From positions 9,362,001 through 9,426,000 of the forward strand of contig OX597824.1 of NCBI GenBank assembly GCA_951406725.2: 64,000 nucleotides of DNA. Direction: 5' to 3'. Shown here one piece after another: positions 51,660 to 64,000 of the stretch (positions are counted from its first letter, which is position 1; every line of letters starts with the position of its first letter). Made by a program: the position numbers and the translations under genes. The notes below the pieces were generated by a model that worked only from the letters and a program-made list of their open reading frames with translations, ran no database searches and was not told the origin of the DNA. The DNA is from Octopus vulgaris (taxonomy: Eukaryota).

Positions 51660-52559
51660 GGTGACCGGACAATTTGCCATAAACAAATTCGCGGTAAGAC
51701 AATTGGCCGTAGAACAATTGACTGTAGGACCATTCGCCGTAAGATAATTCGGCGTACGGGTATTTCGCTGCAAGGACATTCTGCCGTAAAGCTTAGAAAC
51801 TTGAAATTGCATCGTTAATTAATTACGGTAGATGAAGGAATAGTATTATTTATGGCAGTCATTTTCGCTAATTGCTGAAATGCTAATTTAAAATCAGAAA
51901 GGTCGTTGAGAAAGGTCATTTCTCAATGTCTTGAGAAATGAAGAATCTCTTTCTAAGAAGAAGGTAAACGATGCAACAAGAAGAGAAACCAAGAGACAAA
52001 ATTACAAAGATGTTTATAAACGCATTCTAAGCATTGTCAGAGGTTACGATCACAATCAAAAGCAACATTATTTACGTGCAATTTGTTTCTTTATTATCCA
52101 CAAGGGGCTAAACATAGAGGAGACAAACAAGGACAGACAAACGGATTAAGTCAATTACATCGACCCCAGAGCGTAACTGGTACTTAATTTATCGGCCCCG
52201 AAAGAATGAAAGGCAAAGTCGGCCTCCGCGGAATTTGAACTCAGAACGTAACAGCAGACGGAATACGGCTACACATTTCGTCGGGCGTGCTAACGTTTCT
52301 GCCAGCTCGCCGCCTTATAATTTGCGTGCAATTGTAATGAACTTACATGATATTAGCTTTTTCGTTTTTTACCTTAACTTTTTATATAAAGTGTAGGACC
52401 TTCAATATTTTTATTTTTATTTTCTATCCTTCTCTTCTTATGCTTTGTTACAAAATGTTCTTGTGGCAAAATATCTGTACGTTGAATTGTCTTACGGCGA
52501 ATTGTCCTACGGCGAATTGTCCTACGGCGAAATGCTTTACGGTCAATTGTCCTAGATCC
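51660..52559 (+). mobile_element. Internally deleted Mutator/MULE-type DNA transposon
   Basis: Perfect 9-bp TSD GATGAAGAT; G/C termini; inverted arrays of a 15-bp unit (GGACAATTCGCCGTA). Internal remnant NEESLSKKK...YKRILSIVRGY...YLRAIVMNL resembles MULE transposase C-termini. Confidence 0.8.
52084..52314 (-). mobile_element. Family A SINE nested in the MULE
   Basis: TSD-like attt(a/g)cgtgcaatt. Confidence 0.92.
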
Positions 52560-53290
52560 GATGAAGATTGTGTGTGCCGGTGGTTGCAACATGTCGTAAA
52601 AGAGTAGGAAGAATAGAAATGTCCATAGATGCAAGCTCTCTCAAAGAACATCTACTCCTGCTCCCGAATAATTAATGTACCACTTGAGATAAAGATTAAT
52701 TATTTTAGAATTTCATTAAAATTACATTGGAGGAGTAAGTTGTGACCGATTAGATGAAAAAGAATTCCACGAAATAAGGGTTATTATTGTACGCTGTGCT
52801 ATTTCGACAGAGTATAGAAGAGGTTGTTTGTTCTTTGCCGCTCCTAATAATTAAACGATGAGTTTCGTCGCATACTGAAAGAGCAATTTGTATTTCGGCG
52901 TTCAAATAGTGCAAAACACTAAAATATATTAAAATATAACACGATCCATTAACCTCATTAACAGAAGCGGTTTAATTGATTCCTGACACAGTACATTTTC
53001 TCTCCCTTCCTCGCTCTCTTTTACTCTCAGCCACTGTCTCACCTCCATATTACCCTCTCGCCTTTGCTATCGTTGTCATTTTTCTTTCTCTCATACACAT
53101 TGACATTTCACACTCACGCAAGCATTGTTTCGCCTCACAGCCTTCCCCATATACACGTGTGTATACAGATGTTATATATATATATATATATATATATATC
53201 TGTGTGTGTAGAATGATGAAAAGGAACACACGAGTTGATATAAATGGAAAAAGATAGAAAATGCTAAAATAATTTTATAAAAAACATTTG

Positions 53291-53324
53291 AGTACCGGTT
53301 TCAGTCATTGAGACTTTCTCAACT
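53291..53324 (-). ncRNA. Minimal hammerhead motif, U3-A8 core variant
   Basis: AG-UUGAGAA-AGUC(UCAAU)GACU-GAA-ACCGGU-A-CU. Confidence 0.6.
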
Positions 53325-53656
53325 GTAACTATTAAACGATTAAATTTAGAAAATTTTAAAAGAAACGTTTTTTTTACAAGAATATTTGTATAATGTTCAA
53401 ATACAGGGGGCATTTTTCTTGTTTCTGCCTGTCTGTCTCTCTTGTTTACTCTTGTGGGTTCGAGGTCGTTGTGAATTCTTGGTATGGAAGAAGAAGATGA
53501 AGAAGAAGCAGAAAAGAGGAGGAAGAAGAAGAAGAAGAAGAAGAAGAAAAGAGGAAGAAGGATGAGAAGAAGCCGAAGAATGTGGGAGTGTCATCACAGT
53601 AGTATGTTGAATGATCAGCTAATGACCCACAGTGGATGGTAGCAGTCGATGTTCAA

Positions 53657-53713
<57 letters not shown>

Positions 53714-54353
53714 GTATATGTATATGTATATTGTTGTGTCTGGGGAGAGTCATTTTCTTTTTGTGCCTTATTATTAAACACACGCTCTGGTAAAGTTTCC
53801 ACTCATTTACTTATGTATTTTTCTAAAAGTTTCGTTGCGTCTTTCAACATTTTCAAATGTAATTGACTCTGTCCATTATCCGAGCTGCGTTCTTTTTGTT
53901 TGTTTGTATGCATGTGTGTGTGGGGCAATGTGTGTACACACACCCATGTATGTAAGTATGTACGTATGTATGTATGTATGTATGTATGTATGTATGTATA
54001 TGTGTGCATATATATAAATGTATGTGTGTGTGTACGTTTGTATTAGGTATTCTGCATATCCATGTGTTTGTGTGTTTTTATGTATGTTTATGTGTGTGTG
54101 TTTGTGTTTGCATGTGTGTGTGTACCTTAGTTTCTTTGTGTGTGCAAGTATGGGTTTTTGTGACTCTATACAATGTCTGTATATATGGATGTGTGTCTCC
54201 ATGTGTGTCCTTGTCGTTGTGTGAAGTGAAGTGTGTGTGTATGGTCATGTGTTTCAGTCTCATTTGCGTATGTATGTGTGTATGTGTGCTTGTCTGTTCA
54301 TATTACCTCTGTATCTATCCGTCTGTACGCCTATCTGTTTACATTCATATCCA

Positions 54354-54378
<25 letters not shown>

Positions 54379-54384
<6 letters not shown>

Positions 54385-54480
54385 CCGCACACACACGCAT
54401 GTATATATATATATATCGAGAGAGAGAGAGAGACAGACAGAGAGAGAGAGACAGAGAGAAACCAAGGTGTACATACACAG

Positions 54481-54520
<40 letters not shown>

Positions 54521-54539
54521 CTGTGTATGTACACCTTGG

Positions 54540-54573
<34 letters not shown>

Positions 54574-54610
54574 GATATATATATATACATGCGTGTGTGT
54601 GCGGATGTGT
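54379..54610. repeat. ~230-bp palindrome centred on (TA)n
   Basis: acatccgcac...gaaaccaaggtgtacatacacagctattt-(TA)n-aaatagctgtgtatgtacaccttggtttc...gtgcggatgt. Confidence 0.95.
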
Positions 54611-54618
54611 ATATATAT

Positions 54619-54893
54619 CACCGTGACCGACCAGGCTGTCAGATATTGCTACTCATCGCTGGTCACAATGCGCTTCGCATTGTTTTAGCCTTTAAATGAC
54701 GCCATCCCGCTGGCTAAGCAGAAGAAAGAGTGGCGAAAGAGTACAGCAGGTTTCACCACCATACCCTGCTGGAGCCTCGTGGAGCTTTAGGTGTTTTCGC
54801 TCAATAAACACTCACAACGCCCGGTCTGGGAATCGAAACCACGATCCTACAACCGCGAGTCCGTTGCCCAAACCACTGGGCCATTGCGCCTCC
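54619..54893 (-). mobile_element. Family C SINE head joined to a fourth, LINE-3'-like tail
   Basis: 54720-54893 is the C head; 54619-54720 is a different 3' module. Confidence 0.75.
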
Positions 54894-54931
54894 ACACGTA
54901 TATATATATACATATATATAAACATATATAA

Positions 54932-54977
<46 letters not shown>

Positions 54978-55003
54978 TATATAAACATATATAATATATG
55001 TAC

Positions 55004-55045
<42 letters not shown>

Positions 55046-55387
55046 AATCTAGCTTACGCTTTATTCCCTCGTATCAGTGTGTGCATCAGTGATAAAAATT
55101 CTCTCTTTCACATACGTCATTTCCCAGATTCTCATACGGTTCTGTTTACTTTCTAGCCTTAAGTAACTAAAATAATTATTTCCTAATTATGCAGGAAATA
55201 ATCTTCCAAGCGAATGGAACTATCTGTACATCTCGTGGATGTTTCGCAACACCCGAAGCGCCACAGCGGTGTACGTAATAACGAACTGGGAACTAGTTAT
55301 TATTTCCAATCATTTTGTGGCTCAGTGAATATGAACAAGGACGAGGAATCTTAACTTCCCGTTAAGAAATAATAGTTCATAATAATA

Positions 55388-55549
55388 GGCGCAGGAGTGG
55401 CTGTGTGGTAAGTAGCTTGCTTACCAACCACATGGTTCCGGGTTCCGTCCCACTGCGTGGCATCTTGGGCAAGTGTCTTCTGCTATAGCCCCGGGCCGAC
55501 CAATGCCTTCTCAGTGGATTTGGTAGACGGAAACTGAAAGAAGCCTGTC

Positions 55550-55619
<70 letters not shown>

Positions 55620-55835
55620 ATGCGTGTGTGTGTTTGTGTGTCTGTGTTTGTCCCCCTAGCATTGCTTGACAACCGATGCTGGTGTGTTTATGTCCCCGTT
55701 ACTTAGCGGTTCGGCAAAAGAGACCGATAGAATAAGTACTGGGCTTACAAAAAGAATAAGTCCTGGGGTCGAGTTACTCGATTAAAGGTGGTGCTCCAGC
55801 ATGGCCGCAGTCATATGATTGAAACAAGTAAAAAG
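55388..55835 (+). mobile_element. Family B CORE-like SINE, full length
   Basis: GGCGCAGGAGTGGCTGTGTGG head, CTTGGGCAAGT, internal (TA)n(TG)n and GAAACAAGTAAAAAG tail. Confidence 0.93.
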
Positions 55836-57174
55836 AGAAAAAAGAGAGAATATAACGAAATCGAAGATCAGGCTCGAAAAACGAAGATAGTGATGCTATG
55901 TAAAACTCTGAACTCTTCCCTTACGTCGTAAGTGTGATTATTGGACACAAAAAAAGGGTATTGTTTAAATAACACACAATAGCGAACAAGTAAGAAAGGG
56001 TCACTAGCAAAATAAAATGTATTAAAATGCAATTAACAGATCGTCTATGTAGAGTCAAAACTATTGAAAAGGTTGCAAGACGCAACGAAAATTTCAGGAA
56101 AATAAAAATAAGAAAAAATTGGAAATTTTACCGGTGAGTGTGTTACATTGTGAGGCACAAAAAGAAAACGAAATCTCCAGACACAACAGAATATGCTTCA
56201 ACACACGAACTCATATAAAGAATCTTGCAAACCTAATCCAAAAACGAAATATGTAGACGAATATATCCGACAACTCTATCGTGATGGCTGGTGACTGTTG
56301 TAGCTAGCATAATATTAGTTCCTTACATAAAGGCTCACCTATCATAAAAGCCAAACTCGGTTTTCGATCGATACTACTAATAAAACAAAACTAGGACTTG
56401 AAGGGAACGATGAATCACTGAATAATAAACATATTTTATACGTATAATATATAAAGATGCGATATCTATAAACACTACTATACAATGGCATCACAAAGGA
56501 GAAGATATAGCAAAGTATACATAAATGATTTCGAAAACACACTAAGCGAATGAATGGAGATTTATAAAAATAAATATTGAAGCAAGTGACAAAAAAAAAA
56601 AAACGAAATAAAACAACACTAAAAACGAAAGTACCAAACACAAACTAATCTACTCTCTCAAAATACAGAAGCTTTCACAGAAGAAAAAAATTACACAGGA
56701 GAAATAACCATAAATACAATAAAAAAGACCTACGGGAAATAGCCCAAAACTCGTTACATCCGAAACAAACGTCAAAATTAAATTGAAAACCATATTTTTT
56801 TCTTTTATGAAAAAGTAACGAAATAGTGTATCAGTCCCAAGATAACAAAAGTATAGGCAAACCATGTTTAACCAAGGTTAACATTGGGGAATCTCAGAAA
56901 TTGGAGAAGTAAATGTGACAAATTCATTGAATGTTTACCAACAACAATCTCTACGCAAGATACATGCATAAGAAAGATCAGATTCTTAAGTAATTCTTCC
57001 ACTGCAACATTCTGCCAGAAGATAGAGAGGCTGAATATTCTTTATTAAGAAATTATCGTAGTATCGAAAGGAAACACTTTCATTTACCGATTCTAGCAAA
57101 AAGTCTGGAGAGAATATATATAATAGATGCGCAGGAGTAGCTGTGTGGTAACAAGCTTGCTTCCCAACGACATG

Positions 57175-57530
57175 GGGATCAGTCGATTAGATCGGCCCCA
57201 GTACGCAACTGGTACTTAATTTATCGACCCCAAAAGGATGAAAAGCAAAGTCGACCTCAGCGGAATTTGAACTCAGAACGTAAAGACAGACGAAATACCT
57301 ATTTCTTTACTACCCACAAGGGGCAAAACACAGAGAGGACAAACAAGGACAGACAAGCGGTTTAAGTCGATTATATCGACCCCAGTGCGTAACTGGTACT
57401 TAATTTATCGACCCCGAAAGGATGAAAGGCAAAGTCGACCTCAGCGGAATTTGAACTCAGAACGTAAAGGCAGACGAAATACGGCTACGCATTTCACCCG
57501 GCGTGCTAACATTTCTGCCAGCTCGCCGCC
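57175..57530 (-). mobile_element. Family A SINE heterodimer next to a family B head fragment (57128-57174)
   Basis: Junction gacgaaatac|ctatttcttt at about 57299. Confidence 0.9.
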
Positions 57531-57644
57531 TTCTGAACCGGATATTTATTGAAGACAGAAATATAAAGAAAGCGTTAGCCTGTCGCGCATGAATTACCGA
57601 ACAGGATGTATTCACATACCACTTCGTTGATAATACTTTCTAAT

Positions 57645-57835
57645 GTTGGCACAAAGCCATCAATTTTGTGGAAGTGGTAAGCCGCTTATATCAACCTCGG
57701 TGCTCAACTGGCATATATTTTATCGATTTCGAAGGATGAAAGGCAAATGTGACCTCGGTGACATTCGAACTCAGAAAGACGGACGAAATGCCGCTAAGCA
57801 TTTTGCCCGGTGTGCTAACGACTCTGCCACCCCAC
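57645..57835 (-). mobile_element. Old family A SINE
   Basis: Diverged core motifs. Confidence 0.75.
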
Positions 57836-58917
57836 CAACATCCAATTCTTTAATATAGAATGCAATGCAGAAAAATAAAACAGATTCCATAGAAACAAGG
57901 TTAACCAGTCCATGTTAAAATGGAAAACGAATATGTATTTCTTGAGGGTAAAACCAAAAATGATTAAAAGCAGTACAAAATCTCTGAGAAGCTCTTCATT
58001 CTTTCAACAAGCTTCCAAGCAAGAGAGAATAGTATTTCTGTCTCTTTATTATGGATGACTTAACATAGAATTTTCTAGAAACTTCAATATTTTGACTTTC
58101 TTTGTAGCTGCAAGTAACAGAAATCATTATTAATTAAGCAGAAAATCACTTCATGAGTTGTACCCCTGAGGAACATACATGCAACACCCGAAGACTGTCG
58201 TGAAGTCAGCCGGGATATAATAATGTGGAATAAATGAGTGAGAGACCAGACAAGTCTGTCAAGGTTACAATAAGAAGTAAGGAAATATAAGTAAAACTGA
58301 GAAGAGTGAATTAATTAAGAAACATACGATAAGACAAAATCTCCATGAAATCCCACTGTGATGTCATAAATAAAGGAAGATGTATTTGACAGTCTGGTTT
58401 CTAAAATGCAAAATGATCGGGAATAGTAACTAATAGAACAATATCTCTTCATGTATTTACTCGCTCAGGGGCAACAATAATAACAACAAACCTAACAGCT
58501 GCCAACTATCTTGTCTATAGAACAACAACCAATAATGTATTACTTGGTTTTTCTTAATATGGCTGCCGTTGTGTGACTTTCAGTTAATGTAAGGAAACTT
58601 TAATAGAAAGATGTGATGCACGTAGAATGAAAGTAAACAATGAATCATTTGATTTTCTGCTTCGGCACAACTCGAAATCTGAGGAAGCGGATAATGATCT
58701 GTGTTGGTTACATTTAATTGATACTTAACTTTATAGAGAAGTTCGATCAGTTTAATTGCAATACTGCGTAGTAAAGAATCATACTGTTCACTCACTTACG
58801 CCTTCGGAACCTCATACTGAAGGAAAGGGCCCAATTGAGTAAACTGAATATACTCTCCCCTTAAAAGTTTTAACACATCAATGTGTCAGTGTAGGATATT
58901 ATTCTTAAGGCTTATTT

Positions 58918-59120
58918 ATGCGTCGGACAGGTAGGATAGTCTGCACATCGGATGAAAATGCTTAGGGACTTTTCTTCCGGCTTTTATGTTCTAGGTTCAA
59001 ATGCCACCGAGGTCGGCTTTGCGTTTCATCCCTTCCGAGCAAATAAGCGTCATTTGAATACTAAGATCGATGTAATCGATATTCCCTTCCCTCGGAATTG
59101 TTGGCCCTCTGCCAAAAGTT
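58918..59120 (+). mobile_element. Old family A SINE
   Basis: aggttcaaatgccaccgaggtcggctttgcgtttcatccc. Confidence 0.72.
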
Positions 59121-60097
59121 AGACTGAATTGATAAGCAAAGACCATAGAGACACGTGAAAAGGTTTTTCAGACTAAAATAATGTGACTAATGCGATGTAT
59201 GTCTGTTCGTATTACTCTAAAGATAATCGGATTAAATGCTGTAAAGCAATTAGTTACCAACATTTCAATTTAATATGTCGCTGTATTTTGGAACTGAAAT
59301 TACCAGCTATTTTCTGAAACTGAATGTACGTCCATGTTTACTTCTTATTTGTTTATCTTGGTTTGTCCTTGTGGCCTCAAATTACTATACGCCACAATGG
59401 ATGGCAATTATTTCAACAAGAAAGATGACTCCACTTCTACAGTTTCGTTGTAAATTCTGGATCGTCAACACAATACCCTCATATTACCAGTTCATATCCT
59501 ATAAACTGCTGTTGTTTTGACTTCATCTCAATAGATCTATTGTTAATTTATTTTTCGGGGTGGGAGGCACCACTAACCCGTCTTGTGTTTCCAAGTTTAC
59601 TGTAACTAATAAATACTGCATTACTACATCGCGCAAAACAGTTTTAGGTAGAAAATTGAAGGCGATAACCATCGATTTCAGAAATTTGGGGGGTCCATGA
59701 CGGGCCTCTCTCTTGCGTTGATGGTGTAAATAGAAGAGCTACAAATGTTCTATTTGACCTTTTGTTTTTATTCTTAGAACCCCAGGTCCAGTTTCCCTTA
59801 TTTGTTCTAACTCTCACTCATTGGAATTGATGTAAATCAGCGTTGTTAAAATTGTTGCCGAATTAGTAAACCGTTCTAGATGTAATTATTAATATAACAG
59901 GAGGAATTATAAATGATGAATTCATAACAATAGACCTCGGTGTCCATTTAGATTTCAGCAGATCACTCGCTTTTCCAGCACTGCTGCCTCATTTCTCCGG
60001 GAATTTAAATGCAAGTGGACTCACGAGAGACCAAACAGATTACATTTCTATATCGTTAAAAACAATTTCGTGTCAGCCCAGAATACCGGAAGTATTC

Positions 60098-60328
60098 TAT
60101 TTCTTTACTACCCACAAGGGGCTAAACACAGAGGGGACAAACAAGGACAGACATAGGTATTAAGTCGATTATATCGACTCCAGTGCGTAACTGGTACTTA
60201 TTTAATCGACCTCGAAAGGATGAAAGGCAAAGTCGACCTCGGCGGAATTTCAACTCAGAACGTAACTGCAGACGAAATACCGCTAAGCATTTCGCCCGGC
60301 GTGCTAACGGTTCTGCCAGCTCGCCGCC
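60098..60328 (-). mobile_element. Family A SINE
   Basis: Full length; TSD-like ccggaagtattc / ccagaggtattc. Confidence 0.92.
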
Positions 60329-60343
60329 TTCCAGAGGTATTCG

Positions 60344-60383
60344 TCATTGAGGAGACCGAATCAAGTCGAAACAGCGGGTCTGA
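60344..60383 (+). ncRNA. Hammerhead motif with C3U substitution
   Basis: UCA-UUGAGGA-GAC(CGAAUCAA)GUC-GAA-AC(AGCGG)GU-C-UGA; all three stems pair. Confidence 0.6.
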
Positions 60384-60821
60384 GATCCATCAACGTTCTG
60401 AGCGACTTCATGTATTTTAACAGGTAAGTCTCTTTGAAAATTTCTTTTGAGACAACATATTACAGTCCTGTGTCGTTCAACATTTGTATACGCAATATAT
60501 TATTTACACACATCAATATTTTAATCTAAAGCGGTTTCAAGTACGTATTTTGCTTCTTCTATATGCACAGACATTATGGTGCCCGTAGGTATACATACAT
60601 GCATATACGCATATACCTGTATAGGTACAACAATGTGTTATTTGCAATACAAACATACGCACACATGCAAATATACATGCGTGCAATCTATAATACCTAT
60701 AAATACGGGCATACCTCTATATATTTTATGTGCAATATTCAGTTATTCGTATATGAATTCTCAAATATTTCGAATGGCGGAATATACGGCCAAGCAATAT
60801 TTATCCTGTTCTGTTTCTCTA

Positions 60822-60875
<54 letters not shown>

Positions 60876-60979
60876 TTTTCCTCCCTCCTCGTCCCTTTCT
60901 TACTCTCTCTAAATTTATTTATCAACTCCTCTATCCATTAGCTTGTTTATATAACTACCTCTTTAGATATCTATACCTA

Positions 60980-61021
60980 TGCACACGCGCACGCACACAC
61001 AAACACACACATATATATATG

Positions 61022-61075
<54 letters not shown>

Positions 61076-62132
61076 TATCATATGTGTATGCATATATATA
61101 TATATTCATACATACATATATATATATATATATACACACATATATATATATATATACAAAAGCACATATGTATATATGCATATATTTATATATGTATGTA
61201 TATGTGCATACATGAATCTGTGTATGCCACGCACGCGCACACACACTCACACATATACCATTAGCATACACGCCTTATATGCAATACATAAACATTAATA
61301 TAACTTCCTTCATTTATTACCTGTTTCACGTGCAGACAGTTTCCCCTTTGAGATGCTGTCATATAAATCGCAGTTCGGCCCATCAATAAAATAATTGGTA
61401 ACTGCTTGTATTGTGGAAGGATATGAAAATTGCTGTTCACTAAGAGAAGGAATTTAACATTGCTATTGATTCGGAGTGATATATTTTCATCGTTTTGTGG
61501 AGAAGAAATATACCATTTCTTGTTCTCCTTCTTATAATTCTCCTTGCATTGTTATCAATATATTTCATTTTTTCCTGCATCGCGTCTTCACATTTATCAC
61601 CACAACGCCCCTTATTTGTGTTTGAATACGGCGTTTTTGCATGATGATGCGGGTGTACCAATGCATATACATACATGCACATACACCCACACATATGTGT
61701 GTATATATATGTATATATGTGTGTGTGTGTGCGTGTGTGTACGTATATATGTATGTATGTGTATCTTTGTGTGTATTTGTGTGAGTGTATACATATATAT
61801 TTATGGAAATATATATATACATATACAGACTACAAACACACACACGCATACACACACTGATATATATATATATATTTATTTATATGTATATATACATGCA
61901 TACATACATACATATATATATGTGTATATATATATACATATATATAAATATATACATATATACATATATATAAATAAATATATATATATATACAAACACA
62001 TATATATATATATATATACAGCCATATATATGGTTCCCATTTTCAACACTACTCTCTCTCTCTCTTTCATCTCGCTTTCTTTCTCTTTCTCTCTCTCTCT
62101 TTTTCATCTCCCTTTCTGTCTCTTTCTTTCTC

Positions 62133-62167
<35 letters not shown>

Positions 62168-62392
62168 GTGGTTATTTATATGTATGTGAGTATGCGTATA
62201 TATGAGTATGTGTGTGAGCGTGTGTGCCCGCAGTATATTTCATCGGCAGAAATAGTATTAAATAGAAAACGAATATACACAGACCGAACAAGATTCCAGA
62301 ACTAAATCAGAAAAATGGCGCGCCTGAATTGCCAAAGGGCAAAGAAATAAGATCGACAGAGACGCCATAGTAGAAAGAAACGGGGAGAGCTG

Positions 62393-62486
<94 letters not shown>

Positions 62487-62529
62487 TATATACATATATA
62501 TATATGTATATGTATATGTATATATATAT

Positions 62530-62596
<67 letters not shown>

Positions 62597-62640
62597 TAAT
62601 TATATTTATACTTATATATGTATATATATAAATATATATA
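60980..62640. repeat. Several compound TA/TG/CT/GATA microsatellite tracts
   Basis: Seen directly (about 60980-61255, 61680-62170 and 62397-62640). Confidence 0.9.
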
Positions 62641-62719
62641 ATTATTTTAAATCTTTCTCTAGTTTCCAACAAAGATACAAAGCGTCATCGATGCAATGTA
62701 GATAACAAAAACATTCCGA

Positions 62720-63600
62720 CATCTTAAACTTGAGAAAAGTCTTGCATATTTTTACTGTTCCACTTATCGATTGTATTTGTAATGTGCGAGTTAGTTGGTC
62801 GATTTATTCTTCTGAAAAGACCTAGCTTATCCAGACCATTGCTTTGAGATTTCCTCAGAAAACCAAGTGCAACGATTATTATTTGTTTAAATGTGAATTT
62901 ATAATCTGGATATAGAATGTGGAGGTTTCGAAGTAATTATCCGTAGATATTCTCTTTGATTTTGAAAGAGATATCAGCGGGACAGCTGACCTCAACGATG
63001 GAACATGCTTTTTCTTGTCTGTCTCAAGCGAGAATGTCCGGCAGGTTATGATTACAGATAACAGGTGATTTGATGTGAATGTTCCATCTGTATTCCTTGT
63101 GTCGATGTTTGTGTATGTATTCAGAAACAGGAAGATTCTCTCTATATATTTTTTCCAGAATAGTCTTAGTTTCAGAATTGCATTGTATTCTGGTTTTGCG
63201 ACAACCTCGTGTTGCAAAGGCAAGTAATACCATGATGACATTTTTGGGTGACTGCTTATCACATATATGACGTAATCTACATTTTTGATTGCATCATGGA
63301 ACTCTTAAGGTTTCTCTGTATCTTTTGTTCATTAGATATTTCGAAGCAATCTCCTGTTCATAGACTGCAAATGCATAACCTTGGAAGTGGGATGCGATAC
63401 AGCAGCCTCGAGTCCAAGAGTGGTTTGGCCTCATCTCGATATCACTGACTTTTTCAAATCTTTAAGGAACATACCCATGCACTTTTATATGAGTGGGATT
63501 GTACTGAAAGTTTCACATCAAGGTCTTCGTTGAGGTATGTTAACTCGGCTGTTTTGGATTTCTATTTTGAGTTGGTGCATGTGAAATTTTAATTGTTTCG
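62720..63600 (-). mobile_element. Decayed R4/Dong-type non-LTR retrotransposon C-terminus (CCHC knuckle and RLE)
   Basis: SHFQGYAFAVYEQEIASKYL, ISSHPKMSSWYYLPLQHEVVAK, HNLPDIL, VEVSCPAD, LLRNLHILYPDYKF..IIIVALG and SISGTVKICKTF. Confidence 0.8.
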
Positions 63601-63722
63601 TTCTAGTTATGCATTTTTATGCATATAACTGCATGTCTAGACATAAACGCTAAACTTTGGAAAGTTGTACAAATTTTGAAGGTTCTATTGATGGATGTCA
63701 TCTGTAATCGTCTCAAAGTCAG

Positions 63723-63912
63723 TGTATGTATGTATGTATGTATGTTTGTATGTATGTATGTTTGTATGTATGTATGTATGTATGTTTGTATGTATGTATG
63801 TATGTATGTATGTATGTATGTATGAATGTATGTATGTATGTATGTATGTATGTATGTATGTATGTATGTATGTTTGTTTGTATGTATGTATGTATGTATG
63901 TATGCATGTATG
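63723..63912. repeat. (TATG)n microsatellite
   Basis: Seen directly. Confidence 0.95.
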
Positions 63913-64000
63913 TGTCGACTTACTTGAGTGCTACTCGTAACATGGAATCCAGTACAACCAGAAGTATGGTCGAGTCGTGTGGCTTTCATGGTGAGGATGG

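Noticed and set aside
51660-51790. Regularly spaced 15-bp repeats suggesting a CRISPR array
   Set aside because: No unique spacers, eukaryotic context, and explained as transposon subterminal repeats.
58060-58470. Possible decayed RLE retrotransposon remnant
   Set aside because: Motifs are too eroded to support by eye.

Overview
AT-rich eukaryotic (animal) DNA, dense in microsatellites and retroposons. The SINE families look like those I recognise from Octopus, so a cephalopod origin is likely but is an inference. No intact protein-coding gene can be supported; nearly all supplied ORFs are translations of microsatellites or SINEs. The window holds dozens of tRNA-derived SINE copies (working labels A to E) and decayed non-LTR retrotransposons (CR1, HERO-like, R4/Dong-like). 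It also holds Penelope-like RT/GIY-YIG remnants, two hAT-Charlie-type MITEs and a Mutator-type element with a perfect 9-bp TSD. The main hidden signal is about a dozen minimal type-I hammerhead ribozyme motifs from at least six sequence families. They include a ~205-bp hammerhead-bearing mobile unit (4 copies, one with a TSD), two hammerheads with ~80-nt inserts in stem II, and a U3-A8 compensatory core variant. Other oddities are (TA)n-centred palindromes, SINE dimers with a fixed hairpin junction, head/tail-shuffled SINEs, a ~350-bp direct duplication, and a GC-rich protein-like frame broken by one TAA. Coordinates were counted by eye and may be off by a few bases.
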